The translations under genes and the position numbers were made by a program. Of a DNA stretch of 64,000 bases, positions 45,505-55,826 are shown piece by piece (the stretch's first letter is position 1; every line of letters begins with the position of its first letter). The notes below the pieces were generated by a model. That model had not been told where the DNA came from. It worked only from the letters and a program-made list of their open reading frames with translations, and searched no databases. This stretch comes from Candidatus Binatus sp. (GTDB taxonomy: Bacteria; Desulfobacterota; Binatia; Binatales; Binataceae), in assembly GCF_050013435.1 (NCBI RefSeq), contig NZ_JBEKFG010000001.1, positions 12,556 to 76,555 of the forward strand, given 5' to 3'.

Positions 45505-46455
45505 ATGAACTCGGGCCCGATCATCCGCGCGGAAGAACTGCGCAAGCGCTACGGCCAGCGCGTGGCGCTCGACGGTGTATCGTTTACCGTCAACGCCGGC
45601 GAGATCGTCGGCCTGCTCGGTCCCAACCGCGCCGGCAAGACCACCACGCTCTCGATTCTGTCGGGCGTGATCGCTCCGGACTCGGGCCGCGCTTCGATTG
45701 CCTCTTACGATCTCGCCGCCGCGCCGCGCCTGGCGCGCCGTAGCCTGGGCCTGGTTCCGCAATCGCTCGCGCTTTACCCCACGCTCACCGCGCTTGAAAA
45801 CCTGGTGTTCTTTGGACGGATACAGGGGATGGCCGCGCATGAGGCTTTGAGCCGCGCGCGCAGTTTGCTCGAGGAAGTCGGGCTGAGCGATCGCACTGAC
45901 GATGTGGTAAACGAATTTTCCGGTGGCATGATGCGCCGGCTGAACATCGCGTGCGGAATGGTGCACTCTCCGGCGGCGATCATGCTCGACGAGCCAACCG
46001 TCGGTGTCGATCCGCAATCGCGTGGGCGGATCTTCGCGGTGGTCGAGGCGGCCAAGCAAGCAGGCGGCGCGATCCTCTACAGCACGCACTATATGGAAGA
46101 AGCGGAACGGCTATGCGACCGAATCGTGCTGATCGATCACGGGAAAATAGTTGCACAGGGCACCGACCGGGAACTGATCGCATTGGCGGGGACGGAACCG
46201 CGAATCGATATCACGACCAAAAGAGCGCTGCCGCCCGGATGGTCCGGCGGGATCACGGGCGTGGGCGAGCTGCCGTGGGAGGGCCTCGACGGCTTGGGGG
46301 CTGCGGCCACGCTGCGCACGCTCGACCAGGTGCCCGACGTGATTCGCCGGGCCGCCGAGATTGGCGGCGAGGTCGTCGAGTTCCGCGTCCATCGCCCCAA
46401 TCTCCAGGACGCTTTCCTGAAACTCACCGGCCGCGCGCTTCGCGATACGCCATGA
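45505..46455 (+). CDS. ABC transporter ATP-binding protein
   Basis: Walker A GPNRAGKTT, signature FSGGMMRRLNIA, Walker B IMLDEPTVGVD. Confidence 0.9.
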   Translation: MNSGPIIRAEELRKRYGQRVALDGVSFTVNAGEIVGLLGPNRAGKTTTLSILSGVIAPDSGRASIASYDLAAAPRLARRSLGLVPQSLALYPTLTALENLVFFGRIQGMAAHEALSRARSLLEEVGLSDRTDDVVNEFSGGMMRRLNIACGMVHSPAAIMLDEPTVGVDPQSRGRIFAVVEAAKQAGGAILYSTHYMEEAERLCDRIVLIDHGKIVAQGTDRELIALAGTEPRIDITTKRALPPGWSGGITGVGELPWEGLDGLGAAATLRTLDQVPDVIRRAAEIGGEVVEFRVHRPNLQDAFLKLTGRALRDTP

Positions 46456-46485
46456 ACATGATGCGCGCCACCACCAACGGACGGG

Positions 46486-48225
46486 TTGCATGAGGCGATG
46501 ATGCTGCGCGCGGTGTGGCTGACTATCGGCAAGGAATTCCTGCTCATCCGGCGCGACCGCGTCGGCTTGTTCATGCTGCTGATTGCGCCAATCGCGGTAA
46601 TCGCTGCCGCCGGTTTTTCGCTGGCGAAGATTTACGGCGGCCGAACCGCTCCGCGCGGCGAATATTCGGTGGCCATTCTCGACGAAGACCACGGCGCTGT
46701 CGCGCGCGCGATCCTCGACGCAATTGCGCATCGGCCCGAGCTCTCGGTGATTCATTGTTCGACCCGCCGCGAGGCTCAGCAGACTGTCCGCGAGCAAAAA
46801 TTGGCGGTGGTCGGAATAGTCATTGCTCCCGGAACCACCGATGCGATCGAACATGGCCACGGCGCGCAGCTCATTCTTTATACCGATCCGGTCAAGTACC
46901 TGCAGACCACAAATATCGAGCTGACGCTTGCGGAGTTGTGCCGGCAAATCAGCGCCGGCGCCGCCGCCCAGGCGCAGGCGCAAGCCGCCGAACAAGCTCG
47001 CAACTTGACCCGTCAGCTCGAGCAAGCGCGCGAGTCCGCCGAGCAAGCGCGCGCCGAAGCCGCTCGCCTCGGCGCCTCGGCCGCCGCATCGCGCGCCGCG
47101 CTCGCGGCGCGGATTCGCGCGCAGCTCGAGACTGCTTTGACCAACGCGCGCGATCAAACCAGGGGCGCGCTCGACGCCGAATTGAATCGGATTCAGCGCA
47201 AGATCGACGCCGACGCCGCCGCGCAGCAGGCGAAACTCGATGAGCTTAAGGATTATTTGAAGCGCCTCGAGATCGCGCACGGCCAGTTCGAGACATGGTT
47301 CGGCAAACTCCAGCAACTCGCCGGCAGCCACGCCGCCGACATCCCGCCGCCGCCGGCCATCCCGACTCTGCCGGCCGATCTGAATCTCAGCGCGATCAAG
47401 CTCGAACCCGGCGCGGATTTCAAGGACGTCCGGACCAGGCTTGAAGGCGCGCTCACGATTGCGCCGATCGATCTTAATCTGCCCGAGCTGCCGGCGATGC
47501 CAAAAATCCCGGCGGTCAACATTCCGGTCCTGCCTCGAATCGATTCGAGCCTCGCGATTCCCGGCACGCTCGGATACGTCGAGGTCGATTTGACCGGCAG
47601 GGAAAACGGCGCGGTGGCGGGATTCAATGCATTCGATCTCCAGGTGCCGGGCTTCGCCGTGACCTTTCTCTTAATCGGTATGTTGATGGGGGTGTCGCTG
47701 GCGCTGATCAACGAGCACGATTGGGGCACGCTCAAGCGTCTGCGCTCGGCGTCGGCGCCGCTGTGGACTACGCTCATCGGAAAGTTGCTGGCCCGCTTCG
47801 TGGTCGGCTTCGTCCAGATGGCGGTGCTGTTCGCCGCCGGATACGCGCTGTTCGGGATTTCGCTCGGGCGCACGCCGGCCGCGCTGATGATGCCCGCGGC
47901 GGCGATCGCTTTCGCAGGCGCGGCGTTCGGATTGATCGTCGCCGGAGTGGGGCGGACGCGCGACGCGATTCTGCCGGTGGGTGCAATTGTGATCATGACG
48001 ATGGCGGCGGTCGGCGGATGTTGGTGGCCGATCGATTTGGAACCCGCCTGGATGCAGCAGGTCGCGCTGGCGCTGCCAACCACGTGGGCGATGCGTGCCT
48101 TCAATGATTTGATGATCCGCAACCTCGCCGCGTCGAGCGCGCTGGTTCCGGCCGCTGTCAACTTCGGATTCGGGATCATCTACACTGTTGCAGGCGTCGC
48201 AATCGCGCGCCGGCGTTTCGGCTGA
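46486..48225 (+). CDS. ABC-2 type permease with a large coiled-coil extracytoplasmic insert (YhgE/Pip-like topology)
   Basis: N-terminal TM. About 250 aa of Ala/Gln/Arg-rich coiled coil (AAAQAQAQAAEQARNLTRQLEQARESAEQARAEAARL...). C-terminal 5-TM ABC-2 domain. Confidence 0.75.
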   Translation: MHEAMMLRAVWLTIGKEFLLIRRDRVGLFMLLIAPIAVIAAAGFSLAKIYGGRTAPRGEYSVAILDEDHGAVARAILDAIAHRPELSVIHCSTRREAQQTVREQKLAVVGIVIAPGTTDAIEHGHGAQLILYTDPVKYLQTTNIELTLAELCRQISAGAAAQAQAQAAEQARNLTRQLEQARESAEQARAEAARLGASAAASRAALAARIRAQLETALTNARDQTRGALDAELNRIQRKIDADAAAQQAKLDELKDYLKRLEIAHGQFETWFGKLQQLAGSHAADIPPPPAIPTLPADLNLSAIKLEPGADFKDVRTRLEGALTIAPIDLNLPELPAMPKIPAVNIPVLPRIDSSLAIPGTLGYVEVDLTGRENGAVAGFNAFDLQVPGFAVTFLLIGMLMGVSLALINEHDWGTLKRLRSASAPLWTTLIGKLLARFVVGFVQMAVLFAAGYALFGISLGRTPAALMMPAAAIAFAGAAFGLIVAGVGRTRDAILPVGAIVIMTMAAVGGCWWPIDLEPAWMQQVALALPTTWAMRAFNDLMIRNLAASSALVPAAVNFGFGIIYTVAGVAIARRRFG

Positions 48226-48251
48226 TCGCGCAACAATGGAGCGCTTGCCAA

Positions 48252-48935
48252 TTGAAAAAATTTGCAAATGAATCTCGCGCCTTCCTGACGCGCACGCTGA
48301 TTGCGATCGCCGGCGCAGTCGTGCTGATTGTTTTCGAACCGTGCGCCGCCAGCGCAGCCGCGATGCGATTCAAGATCGACGTTGACCGCAGCACGGTAAG
48401 CGTGTCGGTCGCGGAGCCGGCCGCCTTCATCCGCGGCAGCGCGACCGGGACGTTTCGCATAATCGACGGCGCGGTGAGCGGCGATCCCGCCAACATCCCG
48501 GGCACCGCGAAGGTGCGGATACTGATTGACGCATCCAGCTATCGCAGCGACCATGTGTCGCGCGATCGAGCTGTCACCGAACAATCGCTCGAGGCGGACA
48601 AATTTCCCACCATCGGATTCGAGAGCAACAGCGTCGTCGGCGTCGTGATGGGCGGTCACAACGAAGGCACCGCGATAGTGACCGGCTTCCTTACCCTTCA
48701 CGGCGAAGCGCATGCCATGACCATGTCTGTCCACGCGGCGCTCGACGCGAACGGCGTCTTCAGTGGCGACGGCGAAGTGAAGTTCAATTACGAAGATTTC
48801 GGCGTCAAGGTCCCCGGCGTTTTGTTTGGCGCGATTCTGGCCGGCGATGAGGCGACGGTTCGCTTTCACATCGTAGCGGTGAATGCCGCAACGCCGGCTC
48901 GGGACGCCTCGCCCGCCGCTGCGACTGCGCCTTAG
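48252..48935 (+). CDS. YceI-like (polyisoprenoid-binding) periplasmic protein
   Basis: Signal peptide. IDASSYRSDHVSRDRAVTEQSLEADKFPTIGFES and GFLTLHGEAH are typical of the YceI lipocalin-like family. Confidence 0.7.
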   Translation: MKKFANESRAFLTRTLIAIAGAVVLIVFEPCAASAAAMRFKIDVDRSTVSVSVAEPAAFIRGSATGTFRIIDGAVSGDPANIPGTAKVRILIDASSYRSDHVSRDRAVTEQSLEADKFPTIGFESNSVVGVVMGGHNEGTAIVTGFLTLHGEAHAMTMSVHAALDANGVFSGDGEVKFNYEDFGVKVPGVLFGAILAGDEATVRFHIVAVNAATPARDASPAAATAP

Positions 48936-48985
48936 CAGTAATCTCCGTTTGTCCCCGCGGCCATCCATCAACTACAAGCTTGAGC

Positions 48986-49906
48986 ATGGTGGAATTAGCG
49001 ATTGCTCCGCGCGGCGCAAAACTTCCGGCCGCGGTAACTGAGTTGGCATCGGCGATCGAAGCCGACGGCGGTGCGGCGCTCGCCGCCTATCAAGAGCCGA
49101 TTGGCGATCACTGGCATCTGTTCGCGATGCTTCCGATTGCGAAAGTGGAGGCGACGCCGTATCAACGCGACCTCTCGCCGGCGCACCTCAAGCGAATGAT
49201 CGAAGTGATGAAGAAGCTCGATCGTTTTACCGAGCCGATCGTCGCCGTTCACTCCGCCGGCACTTACTGGACTCCCAATGGCAACCATCGCCGCGCCGCC
49301 GCGGTGAAATCCGGCGCCAAAATGATTCCTGCGATCGTGATACCGGACCCCGAGGTCGCCTTTCAGATCCTCGCGCTCAACACCGAGAAAGCGCACAACC
49401 TGCGCGACAAGGCGCTCGAGGTAATTCGGATGTATCGCGCGCGTCTCGAGGAGCGGCCCAAATCCGCCGAGAAGGACTTCGCCTTCGAGTTCGAGCGTGC
49501 GCATTACATCACGCTCGGCCTGCTTTATGAAAAGAAACCCAGGTTTTCGGGTGGTGTTTACGCGCCCCTGCTCAGCCGCGTGGACGGATTCCTGACCAAA
49601 CCGCTCAAGGATGCGATTGACGATCGCGAGGAGCGCGCAGCCCAGGTCGAGCGCGCCGACGAATTGGCGGTTGAACTGGTGGCCGCGGGCAAGCAGCGCG
49701 CCCTGATGCATCCTTATCTGAAGAACTTTATCGTCGCGCGATCCAATCCGCTCACGCGTGCGCGAAAAAATCTTCCGACCTGCAAGGCGGCGCTGGCAAG
49801 TCTGATCAAGGCGCTCGAGGAATTCGATCTGGGCAAAATCCACTTCGGGCAGATTCGCGATGCGGCCCAAATCGCTGCCGCCACCTCGGTCGCCGACCCC
49901 GGCTGA
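48986..49906 (+). CDS. ParB/Srx-fold N-terminal domain protein (orphan, no parA nearby)
   Basis: ATPYQRDLSPAHLKRMIEVMKK...EPIVAV...TPNGNHRRAAAVKSGAKMIPAIV matches the ParB-like nuclease-domain signature. ATG 48986 is preferred over TTG 48980. Confidence 0.6.
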   Translation: MVELAIAPRGAKLPAAVTELASAIEADGGAALAAYQEPIGDHWHLFAMLPIAKVEATPYQRDLSPAHLKRMIEVMKKLDRFTEPIVAVHSAGTYWTPNGNHRRAAAVKSGAKMIPAIVIPDPEVAFQILALNTEKAHNLRDKALEVIRMYRARLEERPKSAEKDFAFEFERAHYITLGLLYEKKPRFSGGVYAPLLSRVDGFLTKPLKDAIDDREERAAQVERADELAVELVAAGKQRALMHPYLKNFIVARSNPLTRARKNLPTCKAALASLIKALEEFDLGKIHFGQIRDAAQIAAATSVADPG

Positions 49907-49910
49907 GCTG

Positions 49911-50393
49911 TCAGAGGTTTGGTTTCGCCGCCCACAATCCGGAGAACGTATGCTGAGTAACATTGAAGCCGACGATTTTCCATACTCCGTCCAATTTTAC
50001 GAGTGAGATCTTGATCTCCGCCGGGCCGCGGTCGAATTCGGCCTGCGCCACGTAAATGGCGGTGATGGTCCTTCCGCGGGGCCAATTTAAATCGATGTTC
50101 GCCTCGCCTTTCGATCCGTCGTACTTTTTCAGCGGACCGAGTGATCGAAGCACTCCCATCATTAAATGCAGATCTGCTGGATCTTTCACCGTAGCCATGA
50201 ATTGAGGACTGGCACGGTCGGTAAGGTCCTTTTCGTTCCACTGGGACGTGATTGCGACGATTGCAGCGTCCGCGTACGTCTTGCTCTCCTTGTCGAGCCC
50301 GCGTCCCGTGTACGCGATAATTGAGACGAGGATTATCAGGAGAAGGAAGACGGCGACGCACAAGCCTCCAAATATCTTTAATACTTTTTTCAA
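49911..50393 (-). CDS. membrane-anchored hypothetical protein
   Basis: N-terminal TM MKKVLKIFGGLCVAVFLLLIILVSIIAY followed by a soluble domain of about 130 aa. Visibly lower GC than its neighbours. Confidence 0.55.
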   Translation of the reverse strand: MKKVLKIFGGLCVAVFLLLIILVSIIAYTGRGLDKESKTYADAAIVAITSQWNEKDLTDRASPQFMATVKDPADLHLMMGVLRSLGPLKKYDGSKGEANIDLNWPRGRTITAIYVAQAEFDRGPAEIKISLVKLDGVWKIVGFNVTQHTFSGLWAAKPNL

Positions 50394-50586
50394 GGAGGGT
50401 GACTATTAGCTATCTGGTCTGCATGATGAGATCCAGTAGCACACCTCCGCGGCCGCTTCACTCCAGACCAGGTGTTCGGTAGCCACGAGCGGGCGGCACT
50501 ATGGCCGTCAATCTCAAGATGTTAGGGTTTCCAGCGTACCGGGAATTCTCAGTAGCGAGAGAGGAAAAGGAGCCTGGGGCGTCAAT

Positions 50587-52020
50587 ATGTCATTCAACGA
50601 ATATGCCTCCTTCGACGGCCTGACCCTGGGCCGCATGGTGCGAGAGCGCAAGATCACCCCGGCTGAACTGATGGACGCGGCGATTGCGCGCGCGGAAAAA
50701 CACAACGCGAAGCTCAATGCGATCGTTTTCAAGGATTACGATCGCGCGCGCGCCGTGGCGCGTGCGCACGCGGCCGGTGATGCGCCGTTCGCGGGCGTGC
50801 CGCTGCTGCTCAAAGACATCCTGGGCGACTGCGCCGGGATGCCGACGCGCTCGGCGTGCGCGTTCTTTCCGGCCACGCCGATGCCGGCGGACTCGGAGCT
50901 GGTGGCCCGCTACAAGCGCGCGGGCTTCATCCCGTTCGCCAAGACCAACGCGCCCGAATTGGGAATTCCCCCTGTGACCGAGTCGCGTCTTTACGGGCCG
51001 GCGCACAACCCGTGGAACCTCGAGCGTACGCCGGGCGGATCCAGCGGCGGCTCAGCCGCGGCGGTCGCGGCAGGGATCGTGCCGGTCGCTCACGGCAACG
51101 ACGGCGGCGGCTCGATTCGAATCCCGGCGGCGTGCTGCGGATTGGTCGGACTCAAGCCGACGCGTGGGCGTATCTCGCTCGCGCCGAATCTTGGCGACAT
51201 TCTGGGCGGCCTCGTGAACGAGCATGTGTTGAGCAGAACCGTCCGCGACAGCGCGGCTGCACTCGACGCGACCGCGGGTCCGATGCCTGGCGATCCATAC
51301 TTTCCGCCGCTGCCCATCCGGCCCTATCTGCAGGAAGCGTCGACGCCGCCCAAGCGGCTCCGAATCGGGTTCTCGACCGTGAATCCTCTGGGCGGCGCCA
51401 TTCATCCGGATTGCATCGAGGCGACCCAGCGAGCGGCGAAGCTGTGCGCGGAACTCGGACACGAGGTCGAAGAAGCGGCGCCGCAAATCAATTACCAGAT
51501 GCTCGCGCAGCTCTTCGAAACCGTCTATTTGGCGGGAGTGGCGCTCTCCATCGAGGCGGCGCGCATGCTGACCGGCGCCGAGCCGGCGCCCGACAAGTTC
51601 GAGACCTTCACGTGGAACCTGTACGAACGCGGGAGGCAGATAACGGCGCCGCAATATCTGATTGCGCAGGCGCTGCTCCAACAGGCCGCGCGTCAGTTTG
51701 CCGCGTTCTTCGAATCACACGATCTGTTCCTGACGCCCACTTTGGGCCAGCCGCCGCTGCGGATCGGCACTATCGATTTCATGAGTCCGGCCACGACGCT
51801 GCTTGACGAAAAGATTGCGGGCTTCGCGATTCCCTGCCCCGTGTACAACATCACCGGGCAACCGGCGATCTCGCTCCCGCTCCATTGGAATCGCGAGGGC
51901 TTGCCAATCGGAACGATGTTCGGTGGGCGCTACGGCGACGAAGCGACGCTGATCCAGATCGCGGGCCAGCTCGAACAGGCGCAGCCGTGGATCGGTCGCA
52001 AGCCGCCGGTTTGGGATTGA
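50587..52020 (+). CDS. amidase (amidase-signature family)
   Basis: AS signature [14 protein letters not shown]...[16 protein letters not shown]. Lys in the KDI motif. Confidence 0.9.
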   Translation: MSFNEYASFDGLTLGRMVRERKITPAELMDAAIARAEKHNAKLNAIVFKDYDRARAVARAHAAGDAPFAGVPLLLKDILGDCAGMPTRSACAFFPATPMPADSELVARYKRAGFIPFAKTNAPELGIPPVTESRLYGPAHNPWNLERTPGGSSGGSAAAVAAGIVPVAHGNDGGGSIRIPAACCGLVGLKPTRGRISLAPNLGDILGGLVNEHVLSRTVRDSAAALDATAGPMPGDPYFPPLPIRPYLQEASTPPKRLRIGFSTVNPLGGAIHPDCIEATQRAAKLCAELGHEVEEAAPQINYQMLAQLFETVYLAGVALSIEAARMLTGAEPAPDKFETFTWNLYERGRQITAPQYLIAQALLQQAARQFAAFFESHDLFLTPTLGQPPLRIGTIDFMSPATTLLDEKIAGFAIPCPVYNITGQPAISLPLHWNREGLPIGTMFGGRYGDEATLIQIAGQLEQAQPWIGRKPPVWD

Positions 52021-52075
52021 TGTTCAGCTACGCGCGAGGCCGGGGAACACGGCGGCAGCTCTCGGAGGACTAACG

Positions 52076-52525
52076 ATGAAGCTGGAACACGAATTCACTT
52101 ACGTCGCGACACTCAAGCCGCCGGTGCAAATCGGCGCGGGCCCGTTCGGAACGCGGAACTTTTTCGAAGTCACCGGCGGGACGGTCGAAGGCAAACGGCT
52201 GAAAGGTAAAATTATAACCGGTGGCGGCGATTGGCTGCTGATCGGACCGGATGGATTCGGGCGCCTCGACGTGCGCGCCCAGTTCCTCACCGACGACGGC
52301 GCCTCTCTGTATGTGCACTACACCGGACTGCTCGAAATGAACCAGAAGGTCTCCGACGCGCTCGCCAAAGGCGCGAGCACCGATTACGGCGACCAGTATT
52401 TCCGCACTACGCCTCGGTTCGAGACCGGCGACCCGCGTTATGCGTGGCTCAACCAGAGCATCTTCGTCGCGGAAGGGCGGGTGGGACCCGGCCAGGTCGA
52501 GTACAAGGTGTACCGCGTGGCCTGA
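52076..52525 (+). CDS. DUF3237 (UPF0311) family protein
   Basis: MKLEHEFTYVATLKPPVQIGAGPFGTRNFFEVTGGTVEGKRLKGKI..GGGDWLL...DGFGRLDVRAQF.TDDGA.LYV.YTG. Confidence 0.65.
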   Translation: MKLEHEFTYVATLKPPVQIGAGPFGTRNFFEVTGGTVEGKRLKGKIITGGGDWLLIGPDGFGRLDVRAQFLTDDGASLYVHYTGLLEMNQKVSDALAKGASTDYGDQYFRTTPRFETGDPRYAWLNQSIFVAEGRVGPGQVEYKVYRVA

Positions 52526-52597
52526 CTACGAACGTCCAGTCTGATGCGGTCGCAAACATCTGACGCCTTGAATTTACGATCCGAACTCGGAACCAGG

Positions 52598-54130
52598 ATG
52601 GAGCTTCCCGCCGAGATGGTGCGCGCATCGCGAAAGATTCATCGAGCGATTCTCGCCGCCGCCGCATCCGTGCTTTTGTTCGGCGCGTCCAAGCCGGTTG
52701 TGGCGGCGACGATACCGGCCGCCTGTTCCGCCTCCGAATCGAGCGGCGAATATTGCGTAGGCGCATCCAGGCGCGAGATTACGCCGGCCTCGCCGGTCTA
52801 TCTTGGGGGCTACGGTTTCGGTCCAGTCCGGCGATCGACCGGAGTCAGGAGTCCCATCTACGCGCGTGCAATCGCGATCTCGCGCGGCGAAGGGACCGTG
52901 GTCTTCTGCGCGATCGATACGCAAGGGCATTTTCTCGCCTACCAGGGGAACGACGCGCCGTATGGCGCGGCAGACATCCGCCGGCGCGTGTCGAAAGACG
53001 CAGGCATTCCCGAGCGCGCCATAATCGTTGCCAGCACGCACGATCATTCAGGACCTGACGACATTGGAGTATGGGGCGGCGTGCCACCGGAATACTTGAA
53101 GCTCGTCGCCGATCAGACGGTCGCCGCAATCGAATCTGCTCTGCGCGACGAACGGCCGGCGTCGCTGTACTCCGGGCAAATCAATACCGCGCCGTCCCAT
53201 CTCCTGAGAAGCATCGTCCCCGGCTATCCGCTCGACACGAAGCTGCGCGTGCTGTTTGCCAAAAGTTCCGACGGCGCGCCGTTTGCGACGCTGATCAACT
53301 TCAGCGCGCATGTCACCGCGCTCGGCAAGGACAACACGCTGATCTCGCCCGATTGGCCCACTACGGCTGTGGAAGCTGTCGAGAAGGGCCATCCCGATTC
53401 GACGGCACTCGTGATGGTCGCCTCGGTCGGCCGCACCCAGCCTGACCTGAAGGCGATCGGAACGCGCGGGCCGTCGGCAGCCGAAAGCTTCGGTGCAACG
53501 GTTGCCAAGCTCGCCTTCGTAGCCGAGGCGCTCGCGGTGAAAATCGACGGCCCGATCGCGACCGCCGAAACCATCCTCGAAGAGCCGGCCGACAATCCTG
53601 TGCTGACGAGTCTGATGACCAACGGAAGGGCCGGTGTCGACCGCGTGATGCGCTCGAACCGTGAACCCTTTATGGCGGCCGACAAAGGCAAAATACGCAC
53701 AGTGGTGGGCTCGGTGCGAATCGGCACGCTCTTCTTCGCTGCGGTGCCGGGCGAGTCCTTTCCCGAAACCCAAATCGCGATGGAAGCGCGCGTGACCGCG
53801 CAAGGGCATTACCTCTTCTCGCTTGCCGAGGATCAGCTCGGCTACGATCCGCCACCCTACGAGGTGGGCATGGTCGATTTCGAAAGCCCGCTCGACGAGG
53901 GACTGTTCATCATCAATGCTAACTTCGGCACCGACGTGACGCGCACCCTGCTTGCCCAAGCGCGCGAACTCGGCTTCCCCGTTTCCGACACACACTACAC
54001 CGGTGATGAGAGCCGGGAAGCACGCGGCCTGGCCGATTCAATCGAGGGGACGGTCGGCAGCGTCGAGGAAACGATCGTCAGGCCGCTTATCCTGCTGACA
54101 CTGTGGCTGGGGTACGACCGCTTCCATTAG
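52598..54130 (+). CDS. neutral/alkaline ceramidase-like hydrolase, exported
   Basis: Signal-like N-terminus. GASRREITPASPVYLGGYG..., IYARAIAIS...VVFCAIDTQG, VASTHDHSGPD resemble the neutral ceramidase N-domain. Start ATG 52598 is chosen over 52544. Confidence 0.55.
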   Translation: MELPAEMVRASRKIHRAILAAAASVLLFGASKPVVAATIPAACSASESSGEYCVGASRREITPASPVYLGGYGFGPVRRSTGVRSPIYARAIAISRGEGTVVFCAIDTQGHFLAYQGNDAPYGAADIRRRVSKDAGIPERAIIVASTHDHSGPDDIGVWGGVPPEYLKLVADQTVAAIESALRDERPASLYSGQINTAPSHLLRSIVPGYPLDTKLRVLFAKSSDGAPFATLINFSAHVTALGKDNTLISPDWPTTAVEAVEKGHPDSTALVMVASVGRTQPDLKAIGTRGPSAAESFGATVAKLAFVAEALAVKIDGPIATAETILEEPADNPVLTSLMTNGRAGVDRVMRSNREPFMAADKGKIRTVVGSVRIGTLFFAAVPGESFPETQIAMEARVTAQGHYLFSLAEDQLGYDPPPYEVGMVDFESPLDEGLFIINANFGTDVTRTLLAQARELGFPVSDTHYTGDESREARGLADSIEGTVGSVEETIVRPLILLTLWLGYDRFH

Positions 54131-54234
54131 ACGGACGCGCATCGATAGATGATGAACTCAAGTGATGATCCCAGCGGGGTTGACAAGCAGTTCGGCAGCG
54201 GCCGATTCTGCGCGCATCTCCGAGAGGCAGTGAC

Positions 54235-55626
54235 ATGAGTATTTTGCAAGAGGCGTTCGTCCCCGACGAGCGCACCATCTTCGGCTGGATCGAGACCGTC
54301 TTTGCCCGCGGCGTGCGGCGACCCGGCTATCCGGCCGATCGATGGACCGAGAATTTTTGCCTTGAGCGGTTCCGCCAACTCGGACTGGAGAACGTCCGGC
54401 TCGAGCCCGTGCGGCTGCCTTACTGGGAGCCGCTCGAGTCGGTGTTGATCGTGCGTGCGGATGGCCGCGAGTCGCGCATCTCCTGTTTCTCCCTGCCGCA
54501 TTCGGCGACCACCGACGGTGACGGTCTCGACGCAGCGCTCGTCCAGTGGCGCGACGACACGCCAGCCGCCGTCAAGGGCGCGCTCGCGCTGGTGGACGTG
54601 CCGCTGATGCGTGGCCCGGCGGATCTTGCGCTGATGCTCGCAGGGGCAGTGACCAGAGAAACAGATACCAACTGGCGCCGCTACGATCCGGGCGGCACGC
54701 TTGCCGGAGCCATCCAGGTGCTGCCCTTCAGTTCTCACTTGATGGCGGTTATGGACGCATCGATCGCGGCAGGGGCGAGCGGATTCGTCGGGGTGTTGAG
54801 CGATTACCCCGGCGACTCGCACCGGTACTACGTACCCTACGACGGCGTGGCGCGCGCGATCCCCGGAGTCTGGATCAGCGGGATCGACGGCGCACGGCTG
54901 CGCCGGATGTGCGACGCGGGTCGCGTGCAGGTCACGCTGGTCAGCCGCGCAATCCGCCACGACATCACCAGCTATAATGTCGTTGGCGAACTGCCGGGCG
55001 CCGATGACGACAGCGTGATTGTCGGCTCGCATCATGACGGCCCGTGGGCGTCTGCCGTCGAGGACGCGTCAGGCGTAGCGATGGTCCTGGCGCAGGTCAG
55101 TTACTGGTCGCGCATCGCGCCCGCCGATCGCCCGCATCGCCTGGTCTTTCTCCTCAACGCGGGGCACATGGCCGGCGGCGCCGGTGTACACGCGTTCATC
55201 GAGCGGCACAAGGCGGAACTGGCTCGCGTGGTGCTCGAAGTCCATCTCGAGCACGCCGCCGCCGAGATAGTCGAGCGCGACGGTGGCCTGGCACCCTCCG
55301 GGCATCCCGAGCCGCGATGGTGGTTCACGAGCAGGCTCGCGCCGGTCGAGGCAATCGTGCGCGAGGCGATCGTCGCCGAGCATCTCGAGCGCTCGATGAT
55401 CCTGCCGCCCGAGGTCTTCGGCCCATCGCCAACCACCGACGGCGGTCCCTTTCATCTTGCCGGCGTGCCGCTGGTCAACTTCCTCACCGCGCCCTTTTAC
55501 CTGTTCGACGCTATCGACACGCTCGACAAGATTCACCGGCCGAGCCTGGTGCCCGTGACCCGTGCCGCAATCCGTATCGTCGGGGCGACGCATGGGATGA
55601 GCGCGGGCAGGCAGGGCAGGGGGTGA
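54235..55626 (+). CDS. M28 family metallopeptidase with PA domain
   Basis: YNVVGELPGADDDSVIVGSHHDGPWASAVEDASGVAMVLA and FLLNAGHMAGGAGVHAF. The stop TGA lies inside repeat copy 3. Confidence 0.75.
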   Translation: MSILQEAFVPDERTIFGWIETVFARGVRRPGYPADRWTENFCLERFRQLGLENVRLEPVRLPYWEPLESVLIVRADGRESRISCFSLPHSATTDGDGLDAALVQWRDDTPAAVKGALALVDVPLMRGPADLALMLAGAVTRETDTNWRRYDPGGTLAGAIQVLPFSSHLMAVMDASIAAGASGFVGVLSDYPGDSHRYYVPYDGVARAIPGVWISGIDGARLRRMCDAGRVQVTLVSRAIRHDITSYNVVGELPGADDDSVIVGSHHDGPWASAVEDASGVAMVLAQVSYWSRIAPADRPHRLVFLLNAGHMAGGAGVHAFIERHKAELARVVLEVHLEHAAAEIVERDGGLAPSGHPEPRWWFTSRLAPVEAIVREAIVAEHLERSMILPPEVFGPSPTTDGGPFHLAGVPLVNFLTAPFYLFDAIDTLDKIHRPSLVPVTRAAIRIVGATHGMSAGRQGRG

Positions 55627-55776
55627 CCCCTGCACCCAATGTTAAGGCCGCGCTCCGTTGTCGCGCGCGGCCTCTGCCGGGGGCGCGCCGTGTTTTCCTT
55701 TCTTAATACCGTCCTCCCGTGCCAACGGGTCTTAATACTGGCCAGCCGTGCCAACGGCCAGGGCTCAGCCCTGCTC
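55615..55776 (+). repeat. intergenic palindromic repeat element, copy 3 (long form)
   Basis: CAGGGGGTGACCCCTGCACCCAATGTTAAGGCCGCGCTCCGTTGTCGCGCGCGGCC...CTTAATACCG...GTGCCAACGGGTCTTAATACTGGCCAGCCGTGCCAACGGCCAGGGCTCAGCCCTGC. Confidence 0.8.
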
Positions 55777-55826
55777 GCGTCGATAACGCGGCGCAACTAG
55801 ACTTGGCGCATGCTGGCGTTCACGTC

